Shown: positions 41,441 to 49,750 of the stretch, in pieces
Layout: every line of letters begins with the position of its first letter
Numbering within the stretch: position 1 is the stretch's first letter
DNA from: a virus
Virus record (IMG/VR): IMGVR_UViG_3300031673_000059
Location: 1-54,320 of that record
Reading direction: 5' to 3' (one strand)
Length of the DNA: 54,320 bases
Translations under genes and position numbers: made by a program
The notes under the pieces: model-generated
Told to the model about the DNA's origin: nothing
The model's database searches: none
What the model saw: the letters and a program-made list of their open reading frames with translations, nothing else

Positions 41441-41814
41441 TCTTCGTTTCCGGCCGCCTGTTTTGCCGCCAGGGCCCTCTCGTCCATCATGTTGATCAGC
41501 CGGACCACCTTGGCGATTTTCTCGTCGGTCGTCCTGGAGTCGCAGACCTTGTCGATCACCTTCGAGCTGGCATGCTCGATGATGGCCCTGACCTTGGGCT
41601 GAAGCTGGGCGATGTAGAACTCCAGGTGCTCAGGGTGGACTGCGATATCGACCCGAGCATTGTTGAGCTTGGCGTATTCGGGGATCCCGGGGACGACCTC
41701 TTCCAAGAGGGCGGTCCTCCGCTCACCTTCCTTCGCCCCCCATTTCACGGTGAACTGGGCCAGGATTCGTTCGCGGATCTCCGCCTCGGTTGGATCAGGC
41801 GCCTCGTCAGACAT
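41428..41814 (-). CDS. hypothetical protein
   Basis: ORF track, 128 aa. AAGGAG precedes the ATG. Confidence 0.65.
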   Translation of the reverse strand: MSDEAPDPTEAEIRERILAQFTVKWGAKEGERRTALLEEVVPGIPEYAKLNNARVDIAVHPEHLEFYIAQLQPKVRAIIEHASSKVIDKVCDSRTTDEKIAKVVRLINMMDERALAAKQAAGNEDSPG

Positions 41815-41870
41815 CGTCTACTCCTTGTCCCAACTAGTAATAACGCATGAGCTTAGTGATTCGGAACCAA

Positions 41871-41894
41871 GTACACGAGAAATATCTCGTGTAC
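41871..41894. promoter_or_regulatory. perfect 10-4-10 palindrome GTACACGAGA-AATA-TCTCGTGTAC (operator candidate)
   Basis: Read directly from the sequence, in a divergent intergenic region. It shares the GTACAC/GTGTAC core with the iterons. Confidence 0.5.
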
Positions 41895-41925
41895 CGATAG
41901 CTCGATAGCTCGGAGCCACATCACA

Positions 41926-41933
41926 GGTATAAG
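41926..41933 (+). promoter_or_regulatory. GGTATAAG motif, 30-nt leader with GGAG to ATG 41964
   Basis: caggtataagaaacc. Confidence 0.45.
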
Positions 41934-41963
41934 AAACCACCAACCTGCAATGGAGAATAAAGA

Positions 41964-42536
41964 ATGTCGACCACCTCAATCCCAACCGAGATCGCCCAGC
42001 GCTGCGACGCCACCAAGATCAAGGTCGGAGACATCTACTCACGTCATTCGTTCGGCACGGTCAAGCAGATCGAGAAGGTCTACGACCACGTCACCCGACG
42101 GAACATCACGATGCTGACGATCGAGAACTCCAACGGCAACAGTTGGCAGATCGGCGCTGACATCGCCGCTCTGGAGTTCAGCATCGCCTCGCAGTTCGAG
42201 GACGAGGAGAAGGTCTCCCGCACCCGCATGATCGAGATCATGCTGGAGCACCCCCGCACGGCCATGACCATCAACTTCAACAAGAAGCCCAAGGTCGAAG
42301 ACGTCGCCAAGGCCCTCCAGGAGGGCAAGACCGGCACGGCCAAGGACTGGAAGGCACTGGTCAAGGAGCAGCTTGAGGGCGCCGAGCGGACCATGCTTGG
42401 GTACCACGTCTGTAGTTTCGACGAACACCGCCGCCTCCGCTTCCAGGACGCTGAGGCGAAGGGCCAGCGATTGGTCGATCCTCGGACCTTGAACTGGTTG
42501 GTGGTCGACCGCGTCAAGTACACCATCACTAAGTAG
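41964..42536 (+). CDS. hypothetical protein
   Basis: ORF track, 190 aa, with an own promoter and SD. Confidence 0.7.
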   Translation: MSTTSIPTEIAQRCDATKIKVGDIYSRHSFGTVKQIEKVYDHVTRRNITMLTIENSNGNSWQIGADIAALEFSIASQFEDEEKVSRTRMIEIMLEHPRTAMTINFNKKPKVEDVAKALQEGKTGTAKDWKALVKEQLEGAERTMLGYHVCSFDEHRRLRFQDAEAKGQRLVDPRTLNWLVVDRVKYTITK

Positions 42537-42546
42537 GAGAGTCGCC

Positions 42547-43098
42547 ATGATCAAGGGATTGCGTTGCCCCAACTGCGACACCACCGTCCACAAGGACACC
42601 ATCATCGACTTCCTTCTCAGCAAGAAGGCCTCGCACCTCCGGTGCAAGAACGCCTTCTGCAACATTCGCTGGAACCGATCCGCCTTAGAGGCCAACAAGG
42701 CACAGTTCCTCGGTGCGGAGGCGCCGAAACCAGCTCCTAAGCCCGTCGAGGCCTCAGTCAAGGTCGCGATGACGAAGATGGTGGTTCCGGCCCACACGAC
42801 CGTGGATGTGGTGAAGCGCGCGGGTATGCCGGTCACGCCGACGACAGGTAGCTGGTTGGACCGGATCCGAACGATCGCGCAGCACCATGCCCAAACCAAC
42901 GGCGTGGTGTCCATCGATGATCTACGTCTCTGGGCGGACATCCACAAGGATCACCCGACCAGCTCAAGCTCGTGGGGCGCGGTCTTCCAGGGCGACCAGT
43001 GGAAGAAGGTAAGTGAGAAGAACTCCACCTACGCCAAGAGCCGCTCGCGGAAGGTCTCCGTCTGGGCGCTTAGGACTCCTGCCAGGGTGTCCGCCTAA
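42547..43098 (+). CDS. hypothetical protein with N-terminal zinc ribbon
   Basis: CPNCD...CKNAFC; 183 aa. Confidence 0.65.
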   Translation: MIKGLRCPNCDTTVHKDTIIDFLLSKKASHLRCKNAFCNIRWNRSALEANKAQFLGAEAPKPAPKPVEASVKVAMTKMVVPAHTTVDVVKRAGMPVTPTTGSWLDRIRTIAQHHAQTNGVVSIDDLRLWADIHKDHPTSSSSWGAVFQGDQWKKVSEKNSTYAKSRSRKVSVWALRTPARVSA

Positions 43099-43407
43099 GT
43101 GGACGTCGACGCAGTTCGCAGAGCAGCAAGCGAGCCATGCGCAGCTTCCCTGACGTCTTGTTCAGAGTGCAAGGGTTCAGGGGAGTGTACTGCTGATGTG
43201 AATGACATTGGTGACTGCAAGAAGTGTGGCTGGTCAGCAGAGAACCACTGGGGCGGATCGCGGCGGTGCACTTCTTGTTTTGGCTGGGGCACAGAGACAG
43301 AGTATCCTTGCTGGCAGTACATCAACGACACGCCTGACCTTTGGTGCGACTCCTGTAAGGCGCAGCCGCCCGAAGTGACGGACGAGCAGTTCTACGAGGA
43401 GCATTAG
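43099..43407 (+). CDS. hypothetical Cys-rich protein
   Basis: ORF track, 102 aa, with about 12 Cys. Confidence 0.6.
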   Translation: MDVDAVRRAASEPCAASLTSCSECKGSGECTADVNDIGDCKKCGWSAENHWGGSRRCTSCFGWGTETEYPCWQYINDTPDLWCDSCKAQPPEVTDEQFYEEH

Positions 43408-44108
43408 TGGCATCAACTCGCGAGACGACGGGTGAACAGCAGGTTCCGGACATCGTCTGGGATCTGCCTCACTTCCAAAGCTGGCTGCAGGCCCAGAAAG
43501 GCGCCGGAAACAGGCTCGACGGGTTCAAGCCTGTTTTCCTCTTCCCTGCCGGGGGAAAGCCTTTCTTTTGGGCAGCCCACGTCAACGTCTACGTGGCATC
43601 CGAGAACCGGAACAAGGTCAACGAGGTGGTTATCTCTCGGCCGGACATCATGCACATCGTCCTGCTCCACAAGCCACTCAGGCTGAGTGACAAGATCAGG
43701 GCGGTGATGGTGCGGGAGTTCCGCTCGCCGGCGGCCACACCGAACGGGTTCATTCTGGAGACTCCCGGCGGAAGCTCGCTCAAGGGCGAGGACCCGCTGA
43801 CCATCGCTTCACAGGAGCTCGAAGAGGAGACCGGCATGGTCATCAGTCCAGATCGGCTAGTGCCCCTTGGGGCTAGGCAGCTGATGGGGACGATGTCTGC
43901 TCACAAGGCTCACGTCTACGCCGCATTGCTCAATGACCAGGACATGGACAGAGCATTGGCAGAGGCTGGGAAGACGCACGGCAACGAGGGCGACTCGGAG
44001 CGAACCTTCGTCGAGGTGCACGACGTTGGCATGCTCGTGCGTGAGCCCACCACCGACTGGGCTACGCTGGGTATGATCTACGCGGCGGCCGAAGCGCTCG
44101 GAATCTAA
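43407..44108 (+). CDS. Nudix hydrolase (ADP-ribose pyrophosphatase-like)
   Basis: The Nudix box is PGGSSLKGEDPLTIASQELEEETG. Confidence 0.8.
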   Translation: MASTRETTGEQQVPDIVWDLPHFQSWLQAQKGAGNRLDGFKPVFLFPAGGKPFFWAAHVNVYVASENRNKVNEVVISRPDIMHIVLLHKPLRLSDKIRAVMVREFRSPAATPNGFILETPGGSSLKGEDPLTIASQELEEETGMVISPDRLVPLGARQLMGTMSAHKAHVYAALLNDQDMDRALAEAGKTHGNEGDSERTFVEVHDVGMLVREPTTDWATLGMIYAAAEALGI

Positions 44109-44149
44109 TCCATCTCCTTGTGCCCCATGGTGGGGTACAGACGTCCGTT

Positions 44150-44181
44150 GAAGAGGCCGGGACCGCAACCCCGGCCTCTTC
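44150..44181 (+). terminator. strong hairpin (perfect 12-bp stem gaagaggccggg/cccggcctcttc, 8-nt loop)
   Basis: Read directly from the sequence, 42 nt after the Nudix stop. Confidence 0.65.
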
Positions 44182-44226
44182 GCTTGTACTTCGATGAATC
44201 AGGGCTCTTAGACGTTGGCGGTGAAA

Positions 44227-44234
44227 GGTAGAAC
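44227..44234 (+). promoter_or_regulatory. GGTAGAAC, 5 nt, ATG 44240
   Basis: ggtagaac acacc atg. Confidence 0.55.
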
Positions 44235-44239
44235 ACACC

Positions 44240-44416
44240 ATGAGTCAAGTCCCGTGCACCGGCCCTGAGTGTCTGCTCTGTAAGCTCCTTGGCGAGCCCA
44301 CCTCCGTTCAGGTTCCGGTCAAGGACCTGAACGACGACGGCAAGGTCAAGTTGATGACCATGAAGAAGAACAAGGCTCTGGAGCTCGGCCTGATCAAGGA
44401 CGAGGCTAATGACTGA
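44240..44416 (+). CDS. hypothetical small protein (58 aa, below ORF-track cutoff)
   Basis: MSQVPCTGPECLLCKLLGEPTSVQVPVKDLNDDGKVKLMTMKKNKALELGLIKDEAND*. The start is fixed by the promoter motif. Confidence 0.5.
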   Translation: MSQVPCTGPECLLCKLLGEPTSVQVPVKDLNDDGKVKLMTMKKNKALELGLIKDEAND

Positions 44417-44756
44417 GACGCAGACCAGACTCAATCTCCTCGACCGACTGGCGATGATCGCCGAGACCAAGGAGATCAAGATCAACGTCCACGGAATGGA
44501 TGGCAACGCCGGGAACCTTATCGGCGTCTGCAAGTCGGCCATGTGGGCAGAGAAGCTCCCGCCTGCAGTCGTGGGGACCTTTCAGCGTGAGGCCCGATCC
44601 AAAGACTACGCCCACGCCCTGGTGACCTGTGACCTGTGGTTCACGCTCGTCGACATCGCACCGTCTGGATCGAGCGGGTCTCTCATCGGCAGCTTGCGGC
44701 GGCTCGGCCTGGCGCCGAAGCCCCAGGAGGAACTCTGTTGGAGAGGGTGGGACTGA
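44409..44756 (+). CDS. hypothetical protein; motif-like NLLDRLAMIAE at the N-terminus
   Basis: ORF track, 115 aa. Confidence 0.6.
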   Translation: MTETQTRLNLLDRLAMIAETKEIKINVHGMDGNAGNLIGVCKSAMWAEKLPPAVVGTFQREARSKDYAHALVTCDLWFTLVDIAPSGSSGSLIGSLRRLGLAPKPQEELCWRGWD

Positions 44757-44953
44757 TGCCTGAGCCGAGGATCAGGCTCTACTGGAGCAAGAGGGAGAAC
44801 TCCCTGATGGGGGACAATGATGAGGGCGCCGGCAGAGGCACCGTCATCTACCTTTTCTCGCTCTTTGACAAAGACGTTCGAGACGAGCTCGAACGGCGGG
44901 GCTACGACCTCACGACCCTGAGGTTCCAGATCAGGAAGAAGCCTGATGCCTAA
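44756..44953 (+). CDS. hypothetical small protein
   Basis: The start is ATG 44756 (TGATG overlap), giving MPEPRIRLYWSKRENS... Confidence 0.55.
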   Translation: MPEPRIRLYWSKRENSLMGDNDEGAGRGTVIYLFSLFDKDVRDELERRGYDLTTLRFQIRKKPDA

Positions 44954-45470
44954 GTACCGGGAGGAGCGACAACTCAAGGCCCCGGTCCCCGGAGCCTTCG
45001 GGCTCGGCGCCAACGAGGACGCGCGGGCCAGGGACCTGTGGCAGCTGACCCAGCGACAAGCTCGGTATAGGGACAGGCTCTACATCTTCGTCGAGGAGGA
45101 GTATGGCTACGCCTCTTACCTGTGGACTTATCCCGGGACCCCAGAAGAGCTCGTCGATGACTGGTGCGCGGGTAGGGTTCCGTGGAGCGGACCGCTCGAC
45201 AAGCCCCTCTACAGAGGGGAGTTCAATCCGGCCGCCTTCCACACGCACGAGGCGAATCGAGGCATGCCCTATCCGCGATCTCTGGAACTACGGCTCACAG
45301 AGACCAACCAGGTGGTCGAAGGGTTCTCCCATATCAGCCACTTCGATGGGATCGCCCACTACCATGAGGAGGATGACTCCCACCTAAGGGTCGGCTTCTA
45401 CGAGGTCAACGGGTTCCGAAAGCCCGAGGTCGTGTTCCACGTCCTCGATGCGCTGGCCGCGATTACATAG
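44946..45470 (+). CDS. hypothetical protein; C-terminal HVLDALAAIT
   Basis: ORF track, 174 aa. Confidence 0.65.
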   Translation: MPKYREERQLKAPVPGAFGLGANEDARARDLWQLTQRQARYRDRLYIFVEEEYGYASYLWTYPGTPEELVDDWCAGRVPWSGPLDKPLYRGEFNPAAFHTHEANRGMPYPRSLELRLTETNQVVEGFSHISHFDGIAHYHEEDDSHLRVGFYEVNGFRKPEVVFHVLDALAAIT

Positions 45471-46029
45471 CCATTCCGCCGTAGGCGGAGCGGTCCATCA
45501 TCGGGTCGGTGTTGTCCGTGCCGGAGTCTGGCAGCGATAGGAGAGGCATGCGGTCGAGCTCATCGAACTCGCTGCCGTCTACCGTCTGGTAGCGCTGCAG
45601 GATGAGCATCTTCGTCTCGTCGTCGATCAGCTTGTCGAGCGCAGGGAAGACCTTGGATTCTTCTTCCTGGAAGTGATGATCGAGGCCTTCGAGGATCACG
45701 AACACGAGCTGGCGAGCCTGGTCCTCGACGTTCGTAAGTCTCGCTGAGAACAGGATCGTGTTCAGGCGGCCGATCCGAGCGAGCGTCTGGTCGTGCTCCT
45801 TGAAGAGCTCAGGCAGGACCTTGTTGTCCGCCTTGAGGAACTTCATCCCGATCAGGTAGAGGACCGATTCCTCCCGCAGAACATGGGACTGGAGCAGGTC
45901 AGACATCTGCTGAGATGTATGCCGCATGCCAGGGATGTCGAACCGTTCGGTGTGGGCTCTCAGCTCACCGGCTAAGGTCCTTACCCGGGCGTGATCGCGC
46001 AGCAGGGGCTCAATGATGCTCTTTGACAT
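45463..46029 (-). CDS. hemerythrin HHE cation-binding domain protein
   Basis: LLRDHARV...HVLREESVLY...EHDQTL...LDHHFQEEESKVFPAL. Confidence 0.8.
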   Translation of the reverse strand: MSKSIIEPLLRDHARVRTLAGELRAHTERFDIPGMRHTSQQMSDLLQSHVLREESVLYLIGMKFLKADNKVLPELFKEHDQTLARIGRLNTILFSARLTNVEDQARQLVFVILEGLDHHFQEEESKVFPALDKLIDDETKMLILQRYQTVDGSEFDELDRMPLLSLPDSGTDNTDPMMDRSAYGGMAM

Positions 46030-46076
46030 ACCTGATCTCCAGGGCAGCTGGACATCAGTAGGATAGCATCGTAAAC

Positions 46077-46820
46077 CTAGTTATCGAAGGCGATGACGAT
46101 TCTCACCTGATCCGGCGGTCCGAGAGCCACCAGCGAGGGGATCACGTCCACAAAGTTCTGGACGACGTCCCGGTAGGTCCTGGGCAGGGTGAGGGCCACG
46201 TAGGGTCCCAGCTGTTGGTAACCCCCGCCCAGACGGCACTTGCGTCGCCTGACCAGCTTCTTGGTCGTGTTGCTCAGTAGCAGCAGAAGCATCTCATCCT
46301 CGGTCACCTCTCTGTGGACGGCCACCAGGTCCTTGTGCCACATCGCCCGGCCGGTGACGTATTGCTCCTCCTCCAGCCTGGAAGGGAGCTTCCCGGTGTC
46401 CTTCCACTCAAGGTATTGGTTGGCGAATAGCGCCATTTTCTCGTGAAAGCAGACCGTGTCCCAGTCAGCGTCGAGGAGCTCCTGGACCGTGAAATGGGTG
46501 TGGGAGTGATACTCGTGGCTCTCGGCGTCAAGGGCTTTCAAGGTCGCCTTCGCGGCGTCTTCTGGAAAGCCCCGATTAGCGAATAACGCATCAACTGATC
46601 TCCATCGAACGCCGGCCAGGACTCCGAACAGAGCGTAGTTCCTCTCAGAAAGTTCGTTCAGATAGTCCGGCCATTCAGCCAGCCACTCGTCGTAAGGGAC
46701 ATCCTCACCTCTGTCCTCTCGACGACGACGGCTGGACCGGCGGCCATCCTTCGAGTCACGGAGCCCCCACCGGCCGTTTCGGCCCTTCACCTCGATCACA
46801 GGATGCGCGTCGGTTCCCAT
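46077..46820 (-). CDS. hypothetical protein
   Basis: Start moved to ATG 46820 (MGTDAHPVIEV...), 5 nt downstream of GGTAGAAC. Confidence 0.65.
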   Translation of the reverse strand: MGTDAHPVIEVKGRNGRWGLRDSKDGRRSSRRRREDRGEDVPYDEWLAEWPDYLNELSERNYALFGVLAGVRWRSVDALFANRGFPEDAAKATLKALDAESHEYHSHTHFTVQELLDADWDTVCFHEKMALFANQYLEWKDTGKLPSRLEEEQYVTGRAMWHKDLVAVHREVTEDEMLLLLLSNTTKKLVRRRKCRLGGGYQQLGPYVALTLPRTYRDVVQNFVDVIPSLVALGPPDQVRIVIAFDN

Positions 46821-46825
46821 GTTTA

Positions 46826-46833
46826 GTTCTACC
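46826..46833 (-). promoter_or_regulatory. GGTAGAAC, 5 nt, ATG 46820
   Basis: Plus strand reads cat gttta gttctacc. Divergent with 46872..46879. Confidence 0.55.
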
Positions 46834-46871
46834 TTCGATGAATCGCTGTTGGTCGCTCGTTGGTTCTGAAA

Positions 46872-46879
46872 GGTAGAAG
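46872..46879 (+). promoter_or_regulatory. GGTAGAAG, 5 nt, ATG 46885
   Basis: ggtagaag aacgt atg. Confidence 0.55.
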
Positions 46880-46884
46880 AACGT

Positions 46885-47580
46885 ATGACGCACCTGTCTG
46901 ACAAGGAAAAGGAAGAGCACCTCAAGCTCGTCCTGGACGAACTCCCTCCCGAGTTCAAGAAGCTGGCCGATCTCCGGTCCTACGGACCCCAGTTGCGGGT
47001 CAGCCATGCAACGGTCGAGGTCGAACACGACTGGTACAGCAAAGCCAACACGATGAAGCTGTCCTTCAGTTACAACGTCCTGGACGAAGAAGGCGTCGGG
47101 GCTAAGAATCGATCGTGGAAGCAGCGAGGTCGAGACAACAAGTTCTGCTACGACCGATGCGCCGCACACATCGTCGATGTGCTCACCAAGTATGAAGCTC
47201 TTCAAAAGCGGCGGCGACAGGGCGATTCCATCGCCAAGAAGCGGGGCGAGGTCCTCAAGGAGGCCTTCAGGAGCGACCCTCTGCTCGGCGGCCTGGATCT
47301 TGAAGTCCAGACTAGTACCACTCCACGGACGGAGTCCGGGTCGGTAGACGTCGAAATCCGGGGCAAGGACTATTGCGGCTCCAACGCTTCGTTGAAGTTC
47401 GACGGCGAGGCCTTTCACGGCCAGGTGGACGTCTACGGGCTCTCGGCTGAGCAAGTGGCGGCCCTGATGGTTGTCGTAAGACTCGACAAGCTGGGTGTGC
47501 TCGACCTGATCGCGCTCTCTGACGACTCGATCCTCGGTGCATCCATCCGAAAACTGACCGAAGGGCTTAACAACGCATGA
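46885..47580 (+). CDS. hypothetical protein; GVLDLIALSDD 17 aa from the C-terminus
   Basis: ORF track, 231 aa. Confidence 0.65.
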   Translation: MTHLSDKEKEEHLKLVLDELPPEFKKLADLRSYGPQLRVSHATVEVEHDWYSKANTMKLSFSYNVLDEEGVGAKNRSWKQRGRDNKFCYDRCAAHIVDVLTKYEALQKRRRQGDSIAKKRGEVLKEAFRSDPLLGGLDLEVQTSTTPRTESGSVDVEIRGKDYCGSNASLKFDGEAFHGQVDVYGLSAEQVAALMVVVRLDKLGVLDLIALSDDSILGASIRKLTEGLNNA

Positions 47581-48002
47581 AGTTCTACGCCGTATTCAAG
47601 ACTGTGGTCGAGAAGCATGTCGAGCTCGACGCCGACAGCTGGGAAGCGGCGGCCGAGATCGCCAACACGATGAAGCGGCCGATCGTCCAGGCCGAGACTT
47701 CACTTGAAGTCGTCGCCATGTGTGCGTGCGAACACCCCGAGTGCGAGTGCGACTACTACGACGCGGCCCACGAGCTCGTCGGTCCTTGCAACAAGTGCGG
47801 CTTCCAGATCCTTGAGCGGGGTTGTACCGATGCGTGCAAGGACCAGCACCAGCACTCGGAGAGCGACCTCACTTACAGCCGAGGTGGCGGTTGGTGCTCG
47901 ACGAAGCACGGCCACATGTCGTGGTGCTCCCAGGCCTGCCGAGATGCTGATCGAGCTAATGATCCAGAGGTCGAAGTACTCGACAGGATGGCAGGGATCT
48001 AG
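47577..48002 (+). CDS. hypothetical Cys-rich protein; C-terminal EVLDRMAGI
   Basis: ORF track, 141 aa. ATGA overlap. Confidence 0.65.
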   Translation: MKFYAVFKTVVEKHVELDADSWEAAAEIANTMKRPIVQAETSLEVVAMCACEHPECECDYYDAAHELVGPCNKCGFQILERGCTDACKDQHQHSESDLTYSRGGGWCSTKHGHMSWCSQACRDADRANDPEVEVLDRMAGI

Positions 48003-48244
48003 AACGAGTAGAGACCGGCCCCAGGTCCGCCTGATGACGGCGGCCGAGGAAGACCACGCTTCGCTCTCAACTTCTCATCAAGCATGGCCAGCTGCTCGAC
48101 ACGAGCCGTCTCCACGAACGGACGTAGGTCCCAGTTGTAGTCGCCCTTGACCTGGACGTTGTAGGGTCCGATCCACAGGTTCTGCTTCTCGCAGTAGTGG
48201 AACCCACGCTCGATGAGAGCCTGGCGATAGTCGTCAGGCGACAT
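47999..48244 (-). CDS. hypothetical protein (paralog of 48412..48738)
   Basis: Shared blocks are RGF.(Y/W)C..Q.W(I/V)GP and DE(K/Q)LRAKRG.PR. Confidence 0.6.
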   Translation of the reverse strand: MSPDDYRQALIERGFHYCEKQNLWIGPYNVQVKGDYNWDLRPFVETARVEQLAMLDEKLRAKRGLPRPPSSGGPGAGLYSF

Positions 48245-48380
48245 CGATCCACAGCTCCTCGAACTCCCCGCTCTCGCGAAGCGCCTTCAAATCGGCTTCT
48301 AAGTCTTGATCGCGCCTGGGTTTAGTATTTACCACACCGAAAACAAGGTCCCAACACCATCTAAACGCTGCTTTGATCAT
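48234..48380 (-). CDS. possible small protein (48 aa, below ORF-track cutoff)
   Basis: MIKAAFRWCWDLVFGVVNTKPRRDQDLEADLKALRESGEFEELWIDVA*. AAGGA lies 8 nt upstream. Its stop overlaps the start of the next gene. Confidence 0.35.
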   Translation of the reverse strand: MIKAAFRWCWDLVFGVVNTKPRRDQDLEADLKALRESGEFEELWIDVA

Positions 48381-48411
48381 GGGTTAGGTCCTTGTGTACC
48401 GCAATGCAGAG

Positions 48412-48738
48412 TTACTGCCCCGGCGGCGCGGATTGGCGGTATGGATCTCGTGGTTGACCACGCTTTGCGCGCAGCTGCTCGTCGACATCAGCGAGCAGTG
48501 ACTTGCGCAGCCCCGAGATCCCAGGACCGACCATGCCGCCCATGAGGCCCGACGTTCCGATCCCGTCTGGAGTGTCGCGGCCCGACGTCGTGGGGTAGTT
48601 GGACTCGTTCGCCACGCCGGTGACGGTGATCCCGAAGGGGCCGACCCACTGATTACCGCACCAGCGGAATCCACGAGACTTGAGCTCAGCCTCGAATTGT
48701 GGAGCGGACATCGGCGGTTTATCGAACGGTCCAGACAT
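48412..48738 (-). CDS. hypothetical protein (paralog of 47999..48244)
   Basis: ORF track, 108 aa. Confidence 0.6.
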   Translation of the reverse strand: MSGPFDKPPMSAPQFEAELKSRGFRWCGNQWVGPFGITVTGVANESNYPTTSGRDTPDGIGTSGLMGGMVGPGISGLRKSLLADVDEQLRAKRGQPRDPYRQSAPPGQ

Positions 48739-48901
48739 AACCCCAGTCTAGCTGACGCGGGGACTAAACCGTCGGATGCAGAACGGTGTGTACAAATTCC
48801 GCTGTGGCTTTCCTACTACTGATGCGCTACGACGGACCTCAAAAAATGCGGTACCACTAAATGGTCGGTCGATGAATGCCGCCGGGTATACGTAAGCAGA
48901 G

Positions 48902-49345
48902 ATGAAGCCTACCGCCTACCGAATCAAGCGAACCAAGTTAGCCGACGCTGACACCTTTGACGGCAACCATCCGGGGCACGTCGCCTACTTACAGATCCAC
49001 ATCAGCGGCGGCCGGAAGTATGGGTTCAAGTCGAACCCGCGTGTCTGTCTTTACTGCAAGGACTACCACGAGGCGATTGATTTTCCGACGGCGGCCGCCG
49101 CCAAGAGGCAGCTCAGGTCCTCCGCCGTGAGGTCCTACTTTGCCCCGGAGATCAGCTGGGTACACGACGGCTACAAGGTCGAGGTGGTCGAGCTCCGGTT
49201 CGAGGAGTGCGACGAGACCAACGCCTTCTTCAAGGCGAAGGCGCCCTTCGAGCCTGCAGTTCCCGCCGGGCACCACGTCGTGGTCAGGGAGCGGGTGGTC
49301 TGGCCTGTTCCTCCTGTCCTCGACCGATTGGCGGCCATCGAATGA
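48902..49345 (+). CDS. hypothetical protein; C-terminal PVLDRLAAIE
   Basis: ORF track, 147 aa. Confidence 0.65.
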   Translation: MKPTAYRIKRTKLADADTFDGNHPGHVAYLQIHISGGRKYGFKSNPRVCLYCKDYHEAIDFPTAAAAKRQLRSSAVRSYFAPEISWVHDGYKVEVVELRFEECDETNAFFKAKAPFEPAVPAGHHVVVRERVVWPVPPVLDRLAAIE

Positions 49346-49707
49346 CCGAAGGGGAGATCGTCGAAGAGGTCCTCGCTCGGACGAAGGAGCTCGCCAAGCT
49401 CCACGCCGCACCGCTACGGACTCACTCCGCCGGCGAGAGGGACTTCAACTTCAACAACTTCTGGTTCAAAATCTCGTTCTACGTTCCGAAGTACTGGTCG
49501 CTCTTAGGTCCGAAGTTCGGAGAGATCAAGACGCTGGCGGTCTACGCCACCGGCACCTATACCAATCCGCTTTTCTGGCTCAACCGAGAGGCGAGTAGTC
49601 CTGATGGGCTGTGGGAGATTGACAAGCCCGCGTGTGAGGGCCTTCTAATCTCGCTGCGAGCATCGATGATCCTTGATGATCTCGCGGGTATCAGTCCTGG
49701 GGCCTAA
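49342..49707 (+). CDS. hypothetical protein; C-terminal MILDDLAGISPGA
   Basis: The start is ATG 49342 (ATGA overlap), giving MTEGEIVEEVLARTKEL... Confidence 0.6.
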   Translation: MTEGEIVEEVLARTKELAKLHAAPLRTHSAGERDFNFNNFWFKISFYVPKYWSLLGPKFGEIKTLAVYATGTYTNPLFWLNREASSPDGLWEIDKPACEGLLISLRASMILDDLAGISPGA

Positions 49708-49750
49708 GATAGACGGTCGCTGATTCTCTTCCTGACAGAAGTACACAAGA

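Noticed and set aside
48885-48892. GGGTATAC upstream of ATG 48902 and GGTAGAG at about 50445 as further members of the promoter family
   Set aside because: They deviate in the A-A core of the motif and do not keep the 4-7-nt spacing, so I did not count them.
6910-49707. Possibility that the recurrent ...VLDRLA... ends reflect a DNA-level signal (e.g. CGATCG/PvuI-like site, terminator or promoter at gene ends)
   Set aside because: The codons for L-D-R and the flanks differ among copies (ctc gat cga, ctc gac cga, ctc gac agg, ctt gat cga). The x position varies (R/D/K/Q/A/L/V/I). No common nucleotide motif or hairpin accompanies them. The conservation is therefore at the peptide level.
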